The position numbers and the translations under genes are program-made. Under the pieces are notes generated by a model that did no database searches, was not told where the DNA came from, and was given only the letters and a program-made list of their open reading frames with translations. Below, piece after piece: positions 39,360-52,883 of a stretch of 64,000 nt of DNA. Source of the stretch: the human T2T-CHM13v2.0 reference genome, Homo sapiens; the NCBI RefSeq assembly GCF_009914755.1, contig NC_060925.1; one strand, written 5' to 3'. Within the stretch, counting starts at the first letter, position 1, and each line of letters opens with the position of its first letter.

Positions 39360-40639
39360 GATGAGATGATAAAAGGAAGAGGAGGAGGAGGTGAGTGGGG
39401 ACAGTGAGGGCATAGTCCATGCACTTGCAGCATCTGGAGTAGATAGTGCTGGACATTCAATATGCTCTGGTAAAATGCTATCAGAGAATCCTGCCATCAG
39501 CTGGAGGTGACAGGCCTATACTTGATTATGTCACCAGCTGTGATATTTTAATTTTTCATAACATCTTAATCCTGTCATTCCCAGGAGAGGATTTGATCAG
39601 CAGGAAAGAGGGATGAGAAGTTTGGGGTGGCAGAAGCCCTGGGCCTTTCAGTAGCATTGACTCTTATAAAAAGCCTTTTGACCAGGAGTAAAAGGGCGGA
39701 GAGCAGTGGGAAATGACGGCATCCAAGTGAGTGGGGGTGAGAGTGGGTGGGGAGGGGTGAGTACTTCCGTTGGCATAACAGGGTCCTTGGCTGGCTTTAG
39801 TTCTGAGTTACTTGTTGGTAGGTTTTAAGAATTGATGGAGTTAAATAATTATGAGACAAGATCAAGTAAATAAGCAAAGAATATTGTTTTTCTTAGATCT
39901 GTCAAAGAAGCCATAAGGTCTCCTACCTAGACAGTCTTTCTAGAAATATTGAATTTCTCTTTATTATTTCTGAAGTTAAACAAGAATAAATTTGAATAAT
40001 TAATGCATTGGTCTCTCTCTTCACCGCCTCCTCTGCCACTTGTTAGTGTCTAGATCATCTTAAGGTGCTGAGAGGAAAGAAATAGATCAGAGAAGTGGCA
40101 AGGCAATTTGGAGACATCAACTAAATTGCTTGCCTGGTTTGTGGGTGGAGGTGGTGGTTGTGATTGGAGGGTGCGGGCTCTTGACTGTAAGTGCCTGGGG
40201 GACTGTGCCAGTGTCTCTTTGATCTGTCTCAGTGCAGGACTCAGGTTGATGAGACCTTTCAAATAAGATCGACTCCCTGATTGGGCTGGGGAGTAGGGCT
40301 TAGTGTGGGCTGCAAGAGAGGAGCAGTGGGCCGGCTCCAGGAAGAACTAGTGAACTAGTTCTGACCTGAGGGAGGGCAGGTCAGGGATTTGGATTGACCC
40401 TCAGTGCCCACTCAGTGTGGCCTCTGTGGGCTTCAGTCATGCTGCCCCAGCTTCTGGACAGCTGCTTGTTATTGGCTGTGCTGCTATTTGCTGTATCTAA
40501 CACAGATCGTTGCCCACACATATTGGGAATTAATGGGATGACTGGTTACCTGGCTTCTGATGAACCAATGACCTTCTCCACTAACCCTGATGGGCCTGCA
40601 GGACATCATCTCCCTGAGATCCTTTGAGGGGCCCATTTA

Positions 40640-41100
40640 TATATCCCACAGCATTTAATGGGGGCCTACTGTGGGTCAGGCTCTGGGGATACCACAAACA
40701 TGGTTCAGGCTTGGTCCCCAAGTTTGTCCAGTCGGAGAAACAGACAAGTGATAGGCAATCACTACAGAGTGCTTCAGTCCTGAGTGCAGGGGGATCTGAG
40801 AACACAAAACCCAGTGCTGAGAGTCAAGGGTGGCTTTCTGGAGGAAGTCATATCTGCTCTGAAGTCTGAAAGATAACTTGGGTTTAGCCAAATGAAAGGG
40901 GAACATTCCAGATAGTAGGAAAAAACATTGACAAGCTCTTGAGAGAGAGAGAGCATGATGTGTTTGGGGAACCATTAGTAGTCTGGCATGAATATGCTGT
41001 TGGGTGACGGATGGGGGTGGGAAGAGATGTCAGTGAACCATGCATGCTAGACACTTTGGATGAGGCATTAAGGAAATGGGTTCTGAGGGAGTTTAACAGT
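40640..41100 (-). mobile_element. L2 fragment
   Basis: cagcatttaatgggggcctactgtgggtcaggctctggggatac... Confidence 0.7.
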
Positions 41101-41109
41101 GTAAATAAA

Positions 41110-41241
41110 CCATTCTTCCCAATGCATCCCATTGGCTAAAGCAGTCACAGATCCACCCACCTAGATTCAAGGGATGAGTGGGAACATAGATAGATTCTAC
41201 CTCCTGAAAGAGGGAGTGCTAACAAATCTGTGGCTACCACA
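41110..41241 (-). mobile_element. Old MLT1 LTR fragment
   Basis: ccattggctaaagcagtcac...agattcaaggg...ctaccaca. Confidence 0.55.
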
Positions 41242-41489
41242 CTGAGGAAGGAAGGTAATGGAAGGTTGTAAAAGGCAAGACCATTCTTACTCACAGGCAA
41301 GGAATTTGAAGAGATTCCCTGTCTGTTAGAGTTAATAATTATTTGCTATGTACCTGTATTGCCATACTGGGTTGCTAAAAATAGAAAGGTTTCCACACAT
41401 TTTAGTAAACAGCCACTTCTCTGAGTGTGGTCTAATTGCCCTGCTGCCTGACTCGGTTCCTCCCCTGGGACACACAAATTGGAATCTTA

Positions 41490-41900
41490 CTTTATTTATA
41501 TAGTATTTACATTGAATATCTATCTCTATATCAGACTGGCAGCTGAATAAGGGCAGAGGACTTTTTTTTTTTTTTTTTTAAACAGTCTATTGTAACAGTG
41601 CTTGCCACATCGTAGGCACTCAATCAGCATTTGAATAAATGAATGAAACCAATATGTATCGGGTACCCATCGTGAGCCAGGCACATTCTGGGCCTAGAGC
41701 AAGAGAGATCATAAGCAAAATAAATAAGTAAAATCTACAGCATGTTAGATGTGGACTCCTGCTATGGAGAAAATCTGGGGCTGAGGACAAGGAGTGGCAG
41801 GAAGGACTTGCTCTTTTAAATAGTGTGCTCAGGTATGGCCTGCTGAGAAGGTGACTTGAGTGAACACCTGAAGAAATGAGTGAATGGGCTTACACAGTTG
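41490..41900. mobile_element. Two L2 3' ends tail-to-tail (+ to 41646, - from 41650)
   Basis: acagtgcttgccacatcgtaggcactcaat...gaatgaa, then gagccaggcacattctggg...ctgagaaggtgact. Confidence 0.75.
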
Positions 41901-42709
41901 ATCAGTGTGGGGGGCACTGTGGAGTCCACCTTGTTAGAATCAATACCTTCTGTGCCAGTTTCCTGTGGTTAGAAGGGTCTTAATTAGAGATTCTTCTCTA
42001 TGGTTCAGGTTGTCTGCACCTTCCCACAGTGCACATGGCTCCATCCCTTCAGAGGGACACTGAGCTGCAGGTCTTGCTACAGTTCCCACCCGCAGAGTAG
42101 TTTTCATGGAGGGAGACAGGGAAAAGGGCAGTAGAGCCTTGGTTCCGGGAAGGTTTTAGGGAGGAGAGGGTTTGGGGGGATAATGGGTGAGGGCAAGGGT
42201 GCCAAGTTCCACTGTGGAAAGGGGAAAAGAGAGGGAGGCAAAAAAGGAGGATTTTGCCTATGAAGAAACCAAACCAGAAAATTAAAATGGCCCACCCCAA
42301 GCCTAGTGAGTAACATGAACCAGCAAGGTTAAGGACCTTAGCAATACTTGCAGGAACTCAGGCTGTGTTCAATTGTGCAATGAGAGCAAAGAGGGCCAGC
42401 ACACAGGCAGAGCCTGCTGGTGCCTGCCCCACAAGGAAAGCTGAGCCCCACTGCCAGAAAACCCAGAGAAAGGTGCAAATTTCTCAATACACATAAAATA
42501 GTCCCTGGGGAAAGAGCCCAGTGGGCTGCCTAAGCCAGGCGGGGCCCGTCTGCTTGCCTGGGTTTGGATCCTTGGATCCTGGTCCCACCGTGAACTAATT
42601 GGGAGACCCAAAGCAAACTCTTCATCCTTTTAAGCACCAGTTTCCTCATCAGAAAAATGTGGAAAAATAATGAGACCTCCCTCATAGGGTGGCAATAAGG
42701 GTTGCATTA

Positions 42710-43099
<390 letters not shown>

Positions 43100-43753
43100 T
43101 TATTGATAATTTTAAAAAAATATGCAAAGGCCCCCTTTAAAAGAGAGCTTTGCACTGCAATGCTTGTTTACAGAGCAGCAGCTGTGTGACAGTCACTGGA
43201 GGACAGGGGATGTTAAAGCTGAATTGATAGGAGGAGATACTGAGAGTGGAGGCATTAGACAGGAAAGTGAAGCATCTCAGGGACTGTGCAGCAAACCAAT
43301 GGGGAATGAAGACCCAATTTGTAAGGCAATTAATTTGCATATTACTTTGTGATCCAAAAGTTCATATAATATTAAAGTTGTTTTAAGTGTTTCATTTCCT
43401 GTTTTCCTTTTTTGCTCATTTTTTTTGGCTCAAAAAATACTCATTTTTTAAAACATTTTCATCAACACCATAAAGGCACCCCCTCCCAGGGTTCACAGCC
43501 TGACTCAGGGCCATCACAGTGCCTGGTGCCCTGCAGTAGCAGACATGAAAACTGCTCCATTAGACTAGGCTCACTGGCCAACAAGTGCTCCTGAAGACAG
43601 ATTTATTAGGAATATTCTAGATGACTTAGAGGTACTTGGAGCCGAGTTATTTTTCTCTGAATTTTTAGGAAGTGGAGCACGAGGACTCAGGGGAGAAGAA
43701 AAGTAGCAGGACTCTCTCCAGCCACTGTATTCCCTGGCTGTTGCCTTCTATTC

Positions 43754-43775
43754 GTGTGTGTGTGTGTGTGTGTGT
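43754..43775. repeat. (GT)11 microsatellite
   Basis: Direct read. Confidence 0.95.
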
Positions 43776-46429
43776 TCAAGTTGATTGTGAGATTCTAGAA
43801 GATAGTCCCTATATCAACTGTTTGCTCTGCATCTAACCCATACTATTTCCCCTTCCCCTAGTTTAATATAAGTTTTTATGCCTCACACTTGGGACACAAA
43901 TATGCAAGAAAGACTCTTGGTTTGACTTGGTCCCTTAGCAGCTGGACCCACTTGTGGCTCTGCTGTTCCCAGAAGACATACATGCTCTTGCCTTTGCACA
44001 GCCTGCCAGCAGGCCTTCAGGGAGAAGAGAGCCAGGTCTGCTCTGAAGGGCACTTAGGCTCTTCAGGCCTCAGCCTTGTTGAAACTTCTCTGCCACCTTG
44101 GAGGAAGCTGCGGCGGTGGAGGCTGTTCCAGGCTCTACTGCTGTGCATCTCTTCCTACCAGGGCGGGCTCCTGTTGTATCCTGGGAGTTTCCTTGTCCTG
44201 GGATGTGAGGTGCAGGGAGGTTAGCTTCTCTATGCTCTAGTCCCTTCCTCCCCACTCTCCTGAGCCCTGGTAGGAGCTTTTAGAGTATTCTTTGGCTCCA
44301 GTGGACAAAATAACCTGGTTGCTCGAATGGATTCTAAATATAACCACGGCAGCAAAGAGGCTCAGCTAGAGGGTACAGAGAAGTTGTGCTTGGGTAAACG
44401 ACGGTTCATTTCTGATTATTTTACCACTAATTGGAGCTGCCTTCTCTCGGGCTTCCTCTTCTCCTTTTTAGCAGCGAATGTGATTGCTTCCATTGAATTC
44501 GCTCCCTTCCTCCCTCCTGCCTGCTGCTTCCTCCCCCACCCACTGCTGGAAAGGAGCCTTTTCTCTTGCTCTTGTTCTTGCTCTTGGATCAGCCCCAGAG
44601 GCTCACTGGTCTGGGGCAGGTCTCTGGAAGCCTGGGTTGTCAGCTTCCTCCCCTCCAGCGGAGGTGGCTCCCACTCCTGTTCTCAGCTCAGACCCCTCAG
44701 AATGGGTGTTGCCTCACCATTGCCATGTTTAGAAGTCCTCAGGGGGGCATTTTGGGAATTTTTCAATATTCAAACTATGATTTATTCCCATCTCCATATG
44801 AGAAAATGGAGATGGATGCGTTAGTCTCTTCTCAGGTCACCTAGTGAACAGGGCTGGACCCTCTGTCCCCTGTTCTGGGCTACCACCCTTTGTAGTGAGC
44901 AGACTCCTGTTCTTGTTTCCCTATTTTTATTTGTTTCTTGTTTTGAGAGAAAGGATGCTGCCAGGCAGCCTCTGTGAGTTCAGGGTTAGTTGATGATGAA
45001 AAGTCCTAGATAGGATTGCCTGTATGTGACCAAAAGAAAACCTCCTCCTTGCTCTTTGGCAAAATTCAGCCCTGCCTAAACCATCACTGTTCAATTTAGA
45101 CAAACTAAAGGGTATTTGGTTTTTCTTGGGTTTCAAAGCTATATAGATTAACTCCAAACAGCTGAATGACATTTGACATCTAGATGCCATGAACATCCAG
45201 CCCCCTGAGGTACCCTTGGTGCCTACCCTAGTTGAACACCATGCCTGGAATCTCTGCCTCTTAGCATCATGAATGAGGATGGCAAGGAGGTCACTTCTAC
45301 TCCAGTGAGGGGTGTTTCTCTGCTGCTCATTCGTGGTGAGTGGAGAAAAGGGAGGATGGAGCCTTTCATGACATTTGCCATGAAAAGGAGGTGAGAGATT
45401 TGCTGGTGGAGCGTTCTGTCTGTCAGAAAGTGGGAGGTTTGGTCCTCTTCTAGTGTCAGGGGAGGCAGTAGGATGGAGACTGAGGAGAGTAGAGGGGTTT
45501 GACAACTCCTGCAGGAGAATGGGGAGTGCTGCCTACCCAAACACACCAGGCCGGGTCCACAGCTAGCTCTCTACGTGGAAGGGGCCAGGTCTTCCTCACT
45601 ACAATGGCCTAAGCAGTCTTCACTCCTCTAATTTCAGGGGGACCAGGCTAGCAGTAGTCTTTCTCTTGTTTGGAGCAGGTGAGTTATACCTACTACTCCT
45701 ATTCCTTGGTCAGGACCTTTTTCTGGAGACTTAGCTTGGAACCTGGAAGTGTATGAAATCATGCTTAAGATCACACACTCAGTTTTGTTTTGCTGGAAGA
45801 TGCAACAATGAGATTTGTATTGATTTCTATTCTACTGTATAAAGAGACATTTTAAAGAGTATTTGGTGAAATCTTATTCAATGTATAATCTTATGAAAAT
45901 TTACTAGGTTGCAGGAGAGATTTTATATTTTGGATATTATAAAGAGCTTCTTTATTGTGGCTGGTGTTCTGATAAACTGAGGAACTAGGCATGGAGATTT
46001 CTTGGAGAAGCCTAGACAGCTGCTGTTTTGGAATGGGTTGAATGTGAATATTCGATTTTGCAGGAGGAGTGTTAGTGAGTGTGGAATCTGGCCATCACAG
46101 AGCTGTGTGTTAGCTCTGCTTTATTCATAATGAACTATCATTCCCCATCAATGTAAAGCAGGCTTCTATAAACTGTCCTCCCTCAGAAGTACACCCAGCA
46201 TGCTACATAATGTCCCCGTAACATTTTCCCCCATATGTTTTTCCTCAAATACCAGTCTAATGCATATGCCAGCCATGTTCCTCACTTATGACATTTCCTT
46301 ACTTTTATCATTTTATCAGCAACTCAGAGAGTGGTTGTGGGACTAACAGGAATTTTGGATGACACCAGAAGGTTTATTTGGTGCAGCTTCTGGCCATTCC
46401 TTGGAAAGTGCCTTGGGTATGCTATGTTT

Positions 46430-46935
46430 GATCAGTGGCTTAGCCACTCACTAACTGTTGGAGTCCTTGATAAATTCTTTACCTTTCTTGGGTTTAGTTC
46501 CCTGTTTGTAAAATAGAGGCTTGGCCTGATCATTCACTGAACAGGTATTTATGGAACACTGGGTATGTGCTAAATGCATAGCATGTACAATCATATTGAT
46601 ATAAGACACTGTCCTTTAGCTGGGGGAGGGGCATGGAGTTTGGACAGGAGACAGAGACATATAAACAAATAAGTACAAGGCAAAGTGTACAGCATGCTAA
46701 GGGAACAGAGGGGAGAGATGGAGTAATTATACCTGAGAGGGTTCGGAAATGACACACTGAAGAAAGTGACGTTTGCACTTGGCCTTAACATATGATCTTT
46801 TTAGTGTACAAGGTGAGAAGGCAGAAAAAAACAGCGTGGGCAAAACCACAGAAGTTTGAACATGGCATGGATATGGGGCTTAGCAAGCAGTCCAGTGTGG
46901 CTGAAGGGAGAGGTGATGCTGGGGAGGAAGCTGAA
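46430..46935. mobile_element. MIR3 (+) abutting L2 (-, 46529-46935)
   Basis: ttcctgtttgtaaaatagagg, then cattcactgaacaggtatttatggaacac. Confidence 0.7.
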
Positions 46936-47609
46936 ACCAGCTAAATGAGTTCACTAGGCCATTGTAAGCGGGTGGGCTTCTGCTCCCACTAAGAAGCTAG
47001 AAGTAGTTCCGATACTCTATGGCTCTGTGCTTCCTCTGCTAGTTTGGATATCCACCCAGAAGTGTGGGTGATAGGGGGTTTTAAAATTCCTCCCGAGCTT
47101 CCCTGGTCTTTTCTCTGAGACGTTTCTAAGATTAAACTGTGTAGTGGGTACTTATCTCTAGTCACAAATTTAGGTGTGTAAGAAATGTAATTTTATTTAT
47201 TTTTCTATAATACAACTTATTTCTATAATACATTCCTATTCTGCTAGAGAAGAAACTTAACCTCACTGAATTTGGGATCACCTCCTTTCCTTACGATTGT
47301 AGCTAACTTGGGGTGCATGGGGGAGCATCGGTCATGAATTCACACTGGCAGTTGCTGAAATGTCTACATTGCTGCCCAGCCTTACTTTCACTGCTGAGCA
47401 GTTTTGACTCTCCCTCTCTCAATGCAAGGCTGCTCTAGGTCTGACTCCCTCTCTTCTGGTGCACGGGAATCATAAGGGTTTTGCTGCTTCCATGACACCT
47501 CGGGCCATAGGGGCAGCACCACAGGGCTATCTAAACCCTATTTCTGGTACAGCCTTTAGCAGAAAAGAGTTAAACATAGGGTTCACCCTAAAAAACATAG
47601 GGTTTACCC

Positions 47610-48168
47610 AAAAAGTTAAACATAGGGTTACCGTATGACCCAGCACTTCCACTCCGAGGCATATACCCCAAAGAACCAATAACATATAACCACACAAAAA
47701 CTGGTACATGCCTGTTCATAGAAGCATGATTTCTAATAGCCCCAAAATGAAAACAACACAATGCCCATTAGCTGATGAATGGATAAACAAAATGTGTCAT
47801 ATCCATACAAAGAATTTAGCCATAAAAAGGAAGGGAGTACAGATACATACTGTATCATAGATATGAACCTTGAAAACATTATATTAGGTGAAAGGAACCA
47901 GACATAATGGCCATATACTGCATGATCCTGTTTGTTTGGAATGTCCAGAAGAGGCAAATCTGTAGACCAGAGACTAGGGGTGGGGGAGAATTGGGAGTGA
48001 CTACTCACGGGTACAACAGGTATGGGCTTTCTTTTAGAGGGTGAGGAATGGAAATGTTCTGGAATTAGATAGTGGTGATGGTTGTAAAACGTTGTGAATA
48101 TACTAAAAACCACTGAATTGTACACTTTAAGGTGGTGAATTTTATGTTAAGTGAATTATATTTCAATT
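47610..48168 (+). mobile_element. L1MB-like 3' end
   Basis: aagttaaacatagggttaccgtatgacccagc...aaaaccactgaattgtacacttt...gtgaattatatttcaat. Confidence 0.9.
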
Positions 48169-49204
48169 TTGAGTACTGAAAAAAACCCTCACAATCTTCT
48201 GGACACCCTTTACAAAATATTTCTGGACACCCTTTACAAAAATATTGTTCTACTACCATATGTGGCTCAGCCTTTACAACTATATCTTTTCCAAGATCTT
48301 GTTGCCCCCTAGGGTTCTACCTGGGAAAGCGGGCAAGGACCCACAGTGCTCTCAGATCCCTTAAACCTGTGGGGAGAGTGACTCTAGTACCTTTGAAGGG
48401 TGGGAGGCAGGACACAGGGTTCCTCTTTCTTAGGGACCTAGTACATCTTTCCACTCCTTGCTTCACAGGTGGCATCTCACCACTCCCAGTCACCCTCACC
48501 ACTCACCACTCTGAGAGCCTTCTTCATGTGGTCTCCTCAATCTGTGGCCTAGACACTGAATCCTCTCTGCTCCTTTCTGAGGGCTGGGCTTTGAAGACCC
48601 AAAAGCCAAATCTAACTCTTTCTCTTCCTTTGTAACTCCTCTGTGTCTTCCTTCCCTGAGGCAATGTACTGTCGTAAGCAGACTCAATGAGGGAAGGACA
48701 GAGGAGCATAGGGAAATATGGAGGTGGGCTTGGAAGTATTTAAAATGGTTAATATTTAAAAATATTGTTCTACTACCATATGTGGCTCAGTCTTCTACTT
48801 TGGGCAGGGACCCCTTTCCTGGATGTAGCAGGGAAGGTCTCAGAGGTTTCACAAGGCAGGAGATTTGGCTGCTAGACTCCTTTTCCCATGACTCACTGGG
48901 AAAACTCCCAGATTATTGTTAGAAGAAGATGGAGTGGTTGCTAGAGGGCTGGCCCTGGGCAGAGGCAACATGAAAAGGGGCCTTTTCATGCCCCCATAGT
49001 CACCCCATTGAGGCAGCTGTTTATTCTCTTCCCACCTCTCCTGCAAGCCTTTCTTCCTCAACCTGTTCCCCTCCTACAGGTGTCTGCCTTGGTGCCCCAA
49101 GTTCTGCCTGTGACTGTCACTGCTCTGTTTGTATCTGAGGATGTAAGGGGGAAGGGGATTAGACTTGATCTTTAAGTCCCCTGGATGGTTCTGATATCTA
49201 CAAG

Positions 49205-50040
49205 CTGAATAGCTTTGGGCAAATTACTTAACAAGACTCAGTTTCCACGTCTATAAATGGTGGTATGATTCCTTAGCTTATACAGCCTCTCCAGTCTAGA
49301 CATTAATGATTATTAGATTTGTTAAGTGTACATACTACTCAGCATAGTATGTGGCACATAGCAGGAGCTCATTAAATGGCTATCACATTGATTATAATTA
49401 CTAGGTTGCAGTCTTGAGCTAGTCATTTGCCTTCTCCGAGCTTGTTTCCTCATCTGTAAAATGGGGCTAATATTACCTCCTTCATAGGACTATTTTGAAG
49501 CATCTGGCATCCAGTAGGTATTAAATGAACCTTAATGGACCTTTTTCCAGCAACTTCTGATCCAGCTGTTTTCTCCAGCAACTTCCAATCCTTCCTCATC
49601 AGAGCCCAAAAGGAGAAGTGCTTTGTCCCAATCATGAGCACACAGCTCTGTGTCTGTCAAACTCCTGACTCTTTCTCCCTGGAGGCCCAAAGTCTCTTGT
49701 GTTTTCCTAGTAGGTGCAGAAATGGAAGAATGGACTGGTATGTGTGAGTCCTTTCTGCTGTGGATGGCAGCAAGACCTCCTCATTACGGGAATGAGTTCT
49801 TGCCTTTGTTGCTGTTTCCCACGTGGATACAGGCTTCATCTGGCCTTGGCTTTGTCGGTCCATAGGTATGTAGTCTCCAGTGAGGAACTCAGCTTCTCCA
49901 GACCTCAGTTTCCTTGTCTGTAGAATAGAGATGATGATACTGTTTGCCTCACACATCTTACAGGCTTGTTGCTTGAAACTAATGGAATGATGAATGTGAA
50001 AATACTGTGAGCTCTGTAAAATGCTGTAAGGGATTATTCT
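49205..50040 (+). mobile_element. Three MIR fragments (49205-49400, 49410-49530, 49875-50040)
   Basis: gggcaaattacttaac; tttcctcatctgtaaaatgggg; cctcagtttccttgtctgtagaat. Confidence 0.8.
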
Positions 50041-50825
50041 CCTGGGATACCTGACTATCTAAAGTTTGCCAATGCTTTGGAAACACAAATGTCTCCCAGA
50101 GGCAGCTTGCTGGGGACCTCATGTCAGTAGGAATTAGAGTGAAATATGATGGGAATAAGACTTAGAAACAAACATCAAGGAAGGGAAACGGGGGAACCGG
50201 AGCAAATGTGAAAGAGGAGATGGGAGAAATGAAAACCAGACTCTTTTCCTGTTTTACAGACTTGTTTGCAGTTTTGCCTTGGGCTGACCTGACCCCTAGG
50301 CTGTAACCCTCCCTCTGGGAGTCCTCCTTAGGATCTCGTTATAAGTTTACTGAAGACAAGAGGCGTGGAGAGAGGGTGGAGGTATCTGTGAAAGGACATA
50401 AATGTCCCATCATAGGTCTGACATCATGCCCCATATAGGCCCTCAAGGGCTCTGTGGACATAGTTCCCCCTGGGGGACCATCTACAGGGGACAAATAGAC
50501 CTGTATCATTTCTGATTCCATCCCCTAAGTCTTGAGGGCAGATTTTTGTGCCTAGTCTGGTGCTGAAGGTTATAAAGAAGCCTAAAATCTCATCCCTGCT
50601 CTCAAGGGTACTCACAATCTCATTAGGAAGATGAGAAGTAGATATGGGAAAACTATTACACAAACCAAAAACCAGAAACAAACCCGCTTGTGAATACCTG
50701 CCAAAATGCGCGTGTGGGATGTCTATTACTATAATACCTCAGAGGAGAGAAATAGTCCTAGCCAGCATGGCTAAGGAAGGAAGTAGAGAATCCATGTTTG
50801 AAAATAGTGGAAACTAAATTTGGAT

Positions 50826-51281
50826 GGTGTTTTAGGTCATATCCCTAAATGCAGACCTCGAAATAAAGATTGATATGCAAATGACTTACCAAGGAAGTGC
50901 TTCGAGGAGACAGAGGTAAGGGACTAGAGGGGCAGGACAAGGTGAGGAGAACAACAAGTAGGGGTGCAATTTCAGGTGACATCCCAGCCTCAGCCTGACC
51001 CCTCAGGGAGCTCTGGAGCATAAATTGCACAAAACAGTTTGTCAACCAGTAGGCAAGGGTGGTTGACATGGACCCTGTCCATCAGTCATTGGCTATATAG
51101 GTTGCTGCAGGGCAGAAAGAGACTCCCCTGGTCTCTGGCTCTCTGCATGATGATGTGGGAAGTTGCCAAGCCCAATAAGGTTGCAGGTGCCAGCCATCAG
51201 AAACAAGGCATGCAGAAGCTGTGGTTTGGTGCATGGAAGTGGTGAGAGAGCTCTGGGAAGGGCAGCAACAGACTTCACTAC
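50826..51281 (-). mobile_element. LTR16E-like ERVL LTR, nested in L2 fragments
   Basis: tcccagcctcagcctgacccctcagggagctctggagcataaattgcac...catcagtcattggc. Confidence 0.65.
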
Positions 51282-51484
51282 GGATAGGAGAGGTGGGGCC
51301 AGAGTATGGGATGTCTTCATCACCAGAGTTAGAAGTCTGAACTTGGTCCTCTGTTCACCATAAGCCCTTATGAATTCCTGAGGAGGTGACTGGCACATGG
51401 AAAAGAGAAAGATGAAACCAACAGTGATATTCACGGGGACTGGAGGTGGTAGAGCCTGGAGGCAAGTCAGGCTAGGCATGCCCT

Positions 51485-51878
51485 TCCCATTAGGGCCTTT
51501 GTAATGGCTGTTCCAGATTGCCTGGAATGTTTATTCCCCGTGACTCTGATTGGCTCCCTCCCTTACCTCCTTCAGGTTTTTGCTCAGATTTCACTTTTGC
51601 ATCAAAGCCTTCCCTGACTCTTCCATTGAACTCTACATTGTGTGTCTTCTTTATTCACCATCCTAAGCGCCTTTGTCCAGCTTTTTCCATAGTGCTGGTC
51701 AGCAGCCATTGTATTTTACACCACACTTGTTTATGATGCCCGTCGTTAATTGTCTCTTGTCCTTAGAATGTGAGCTCTGTGTGGGCAGGATCTCTGTTTT
51801 CCTCACCGATTCATCATGAGTGGGTCAGGAGTGCCTGGCTCATGGCAGGCACGCAGTAAACATTCTGTACAATGAATC
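51485..51878 (+). mobile_element. L2 3' end
   Basis: gggcctttgtaatggctgttcc...tagaatgtgagctctgtgtgggcagg...gtgcctggctcatggcaggcacgcagtaaac. Confidence 0.85.
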
Positions 51879-52574
51879 ACTGTGATCAGAGGTGGGATGG
51901 AGGCTATCCCAGAAGGAGCCAGATTGGAAGGCCAGACCTCAGAGATCTTATACAGAAGAAATAACAGGGATGGATGGTTCAACACAGGGGTTGAATTGCA
52001 GGAAGCTACAAGAAAGATTACGAAGATCTGGACAAAGGAAGGTAGAATGATGCTGTGTCCTTGGTGAGTAGCTGTGCCCAGGTAGTTGATGTAGTGGCAT
52101 GGAGGGGACAGAATTCCGAGTGGAGCAGCATGTTGAGGCGATATACAATACAGTGTGGTTCTGGGGAGCAAATTTTCCCTTGAGGGTGCCATGGGGTGTG
52201 GGAGGAGAAAGTAGTTGCTTTGGATCCTCTTGGGCTCCAGTCTTCCACCTCTGCAGGGAAAGCCAGGTGCTTTGATAGGAGTGGGCAGGAGGCTTTTCCT
52301 GCTCCCCTGCCCATGGCCCCCTTCCTGCCAGCAGGGCTGCTGGGAGAATGAGTGGTTTCCTGGCCTTTCCTCTGTACAAGCCTTTGGAAGCGTTCGTTAG
52401 CCAAGCCACCCCTGTCCCATTGAGGGGCCTGGGAGGTCTCATTCACCCTGGACATGTCTGGGTAGCAGCACTGAGCACGTGCTTTGGGAGGTAGTGCTGG
52501 TTAACACTCCCAGTGAGTGTGCATGACTGTGAATGAAGGTGAGGACAGCCTGCTATCAGGATGGCAATCCTAGC

Positions 52575-52883
52575 TTTTTTTTATTTTTTATTTTTATGAA
52601 TCAATGTCTCACTCTGTCACCCAGGTGGGAGTGCAGTGACGCGATCATGGCTCTCTGCTGCCTCAACCTCCCAGGCTCAAGTGATCCTTCTGCCTCAGCC
52701 TCCCACGTAGGTGGGACTATGGGCATGTACAACCACACCTCGCTAATTTAAAAATTTTTATTTTGTAAAGACAGGGTCCTGCTACGTTGCCCAGGCTGGT
52801 CTTGAACTTCAGGCCTCAAGCAATATTCCCGCCTTGACCTCCCAAATTGCTGGGATTACAGGCATGAGTCACTGCACCTGGCC
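52575..52883 (-). mobile_element. AluJ
   Basis: J diagnostics (ggctcaagtgatcc, gttgcccaggctggtc); TSD atcctagc. Confidence 0.95.

Noticed and set aside
39361-39390. 30-nt purine-rich exon candidate after the MLT1 end
   Set aside because: Acceptor pyrimidine tract is weak and LTR-derived; likely pseudo-exon
44425-44474. Strong branch point + NAGNAG acceptor
   Set aside because: No convincing donor within exon-size distance
47275-47289. ggatcacctcctttc matching the bacterial 16S rRNA 3' end
   Set aside because: Only 15 bp and the flanks do not continue as rRNA; chance match
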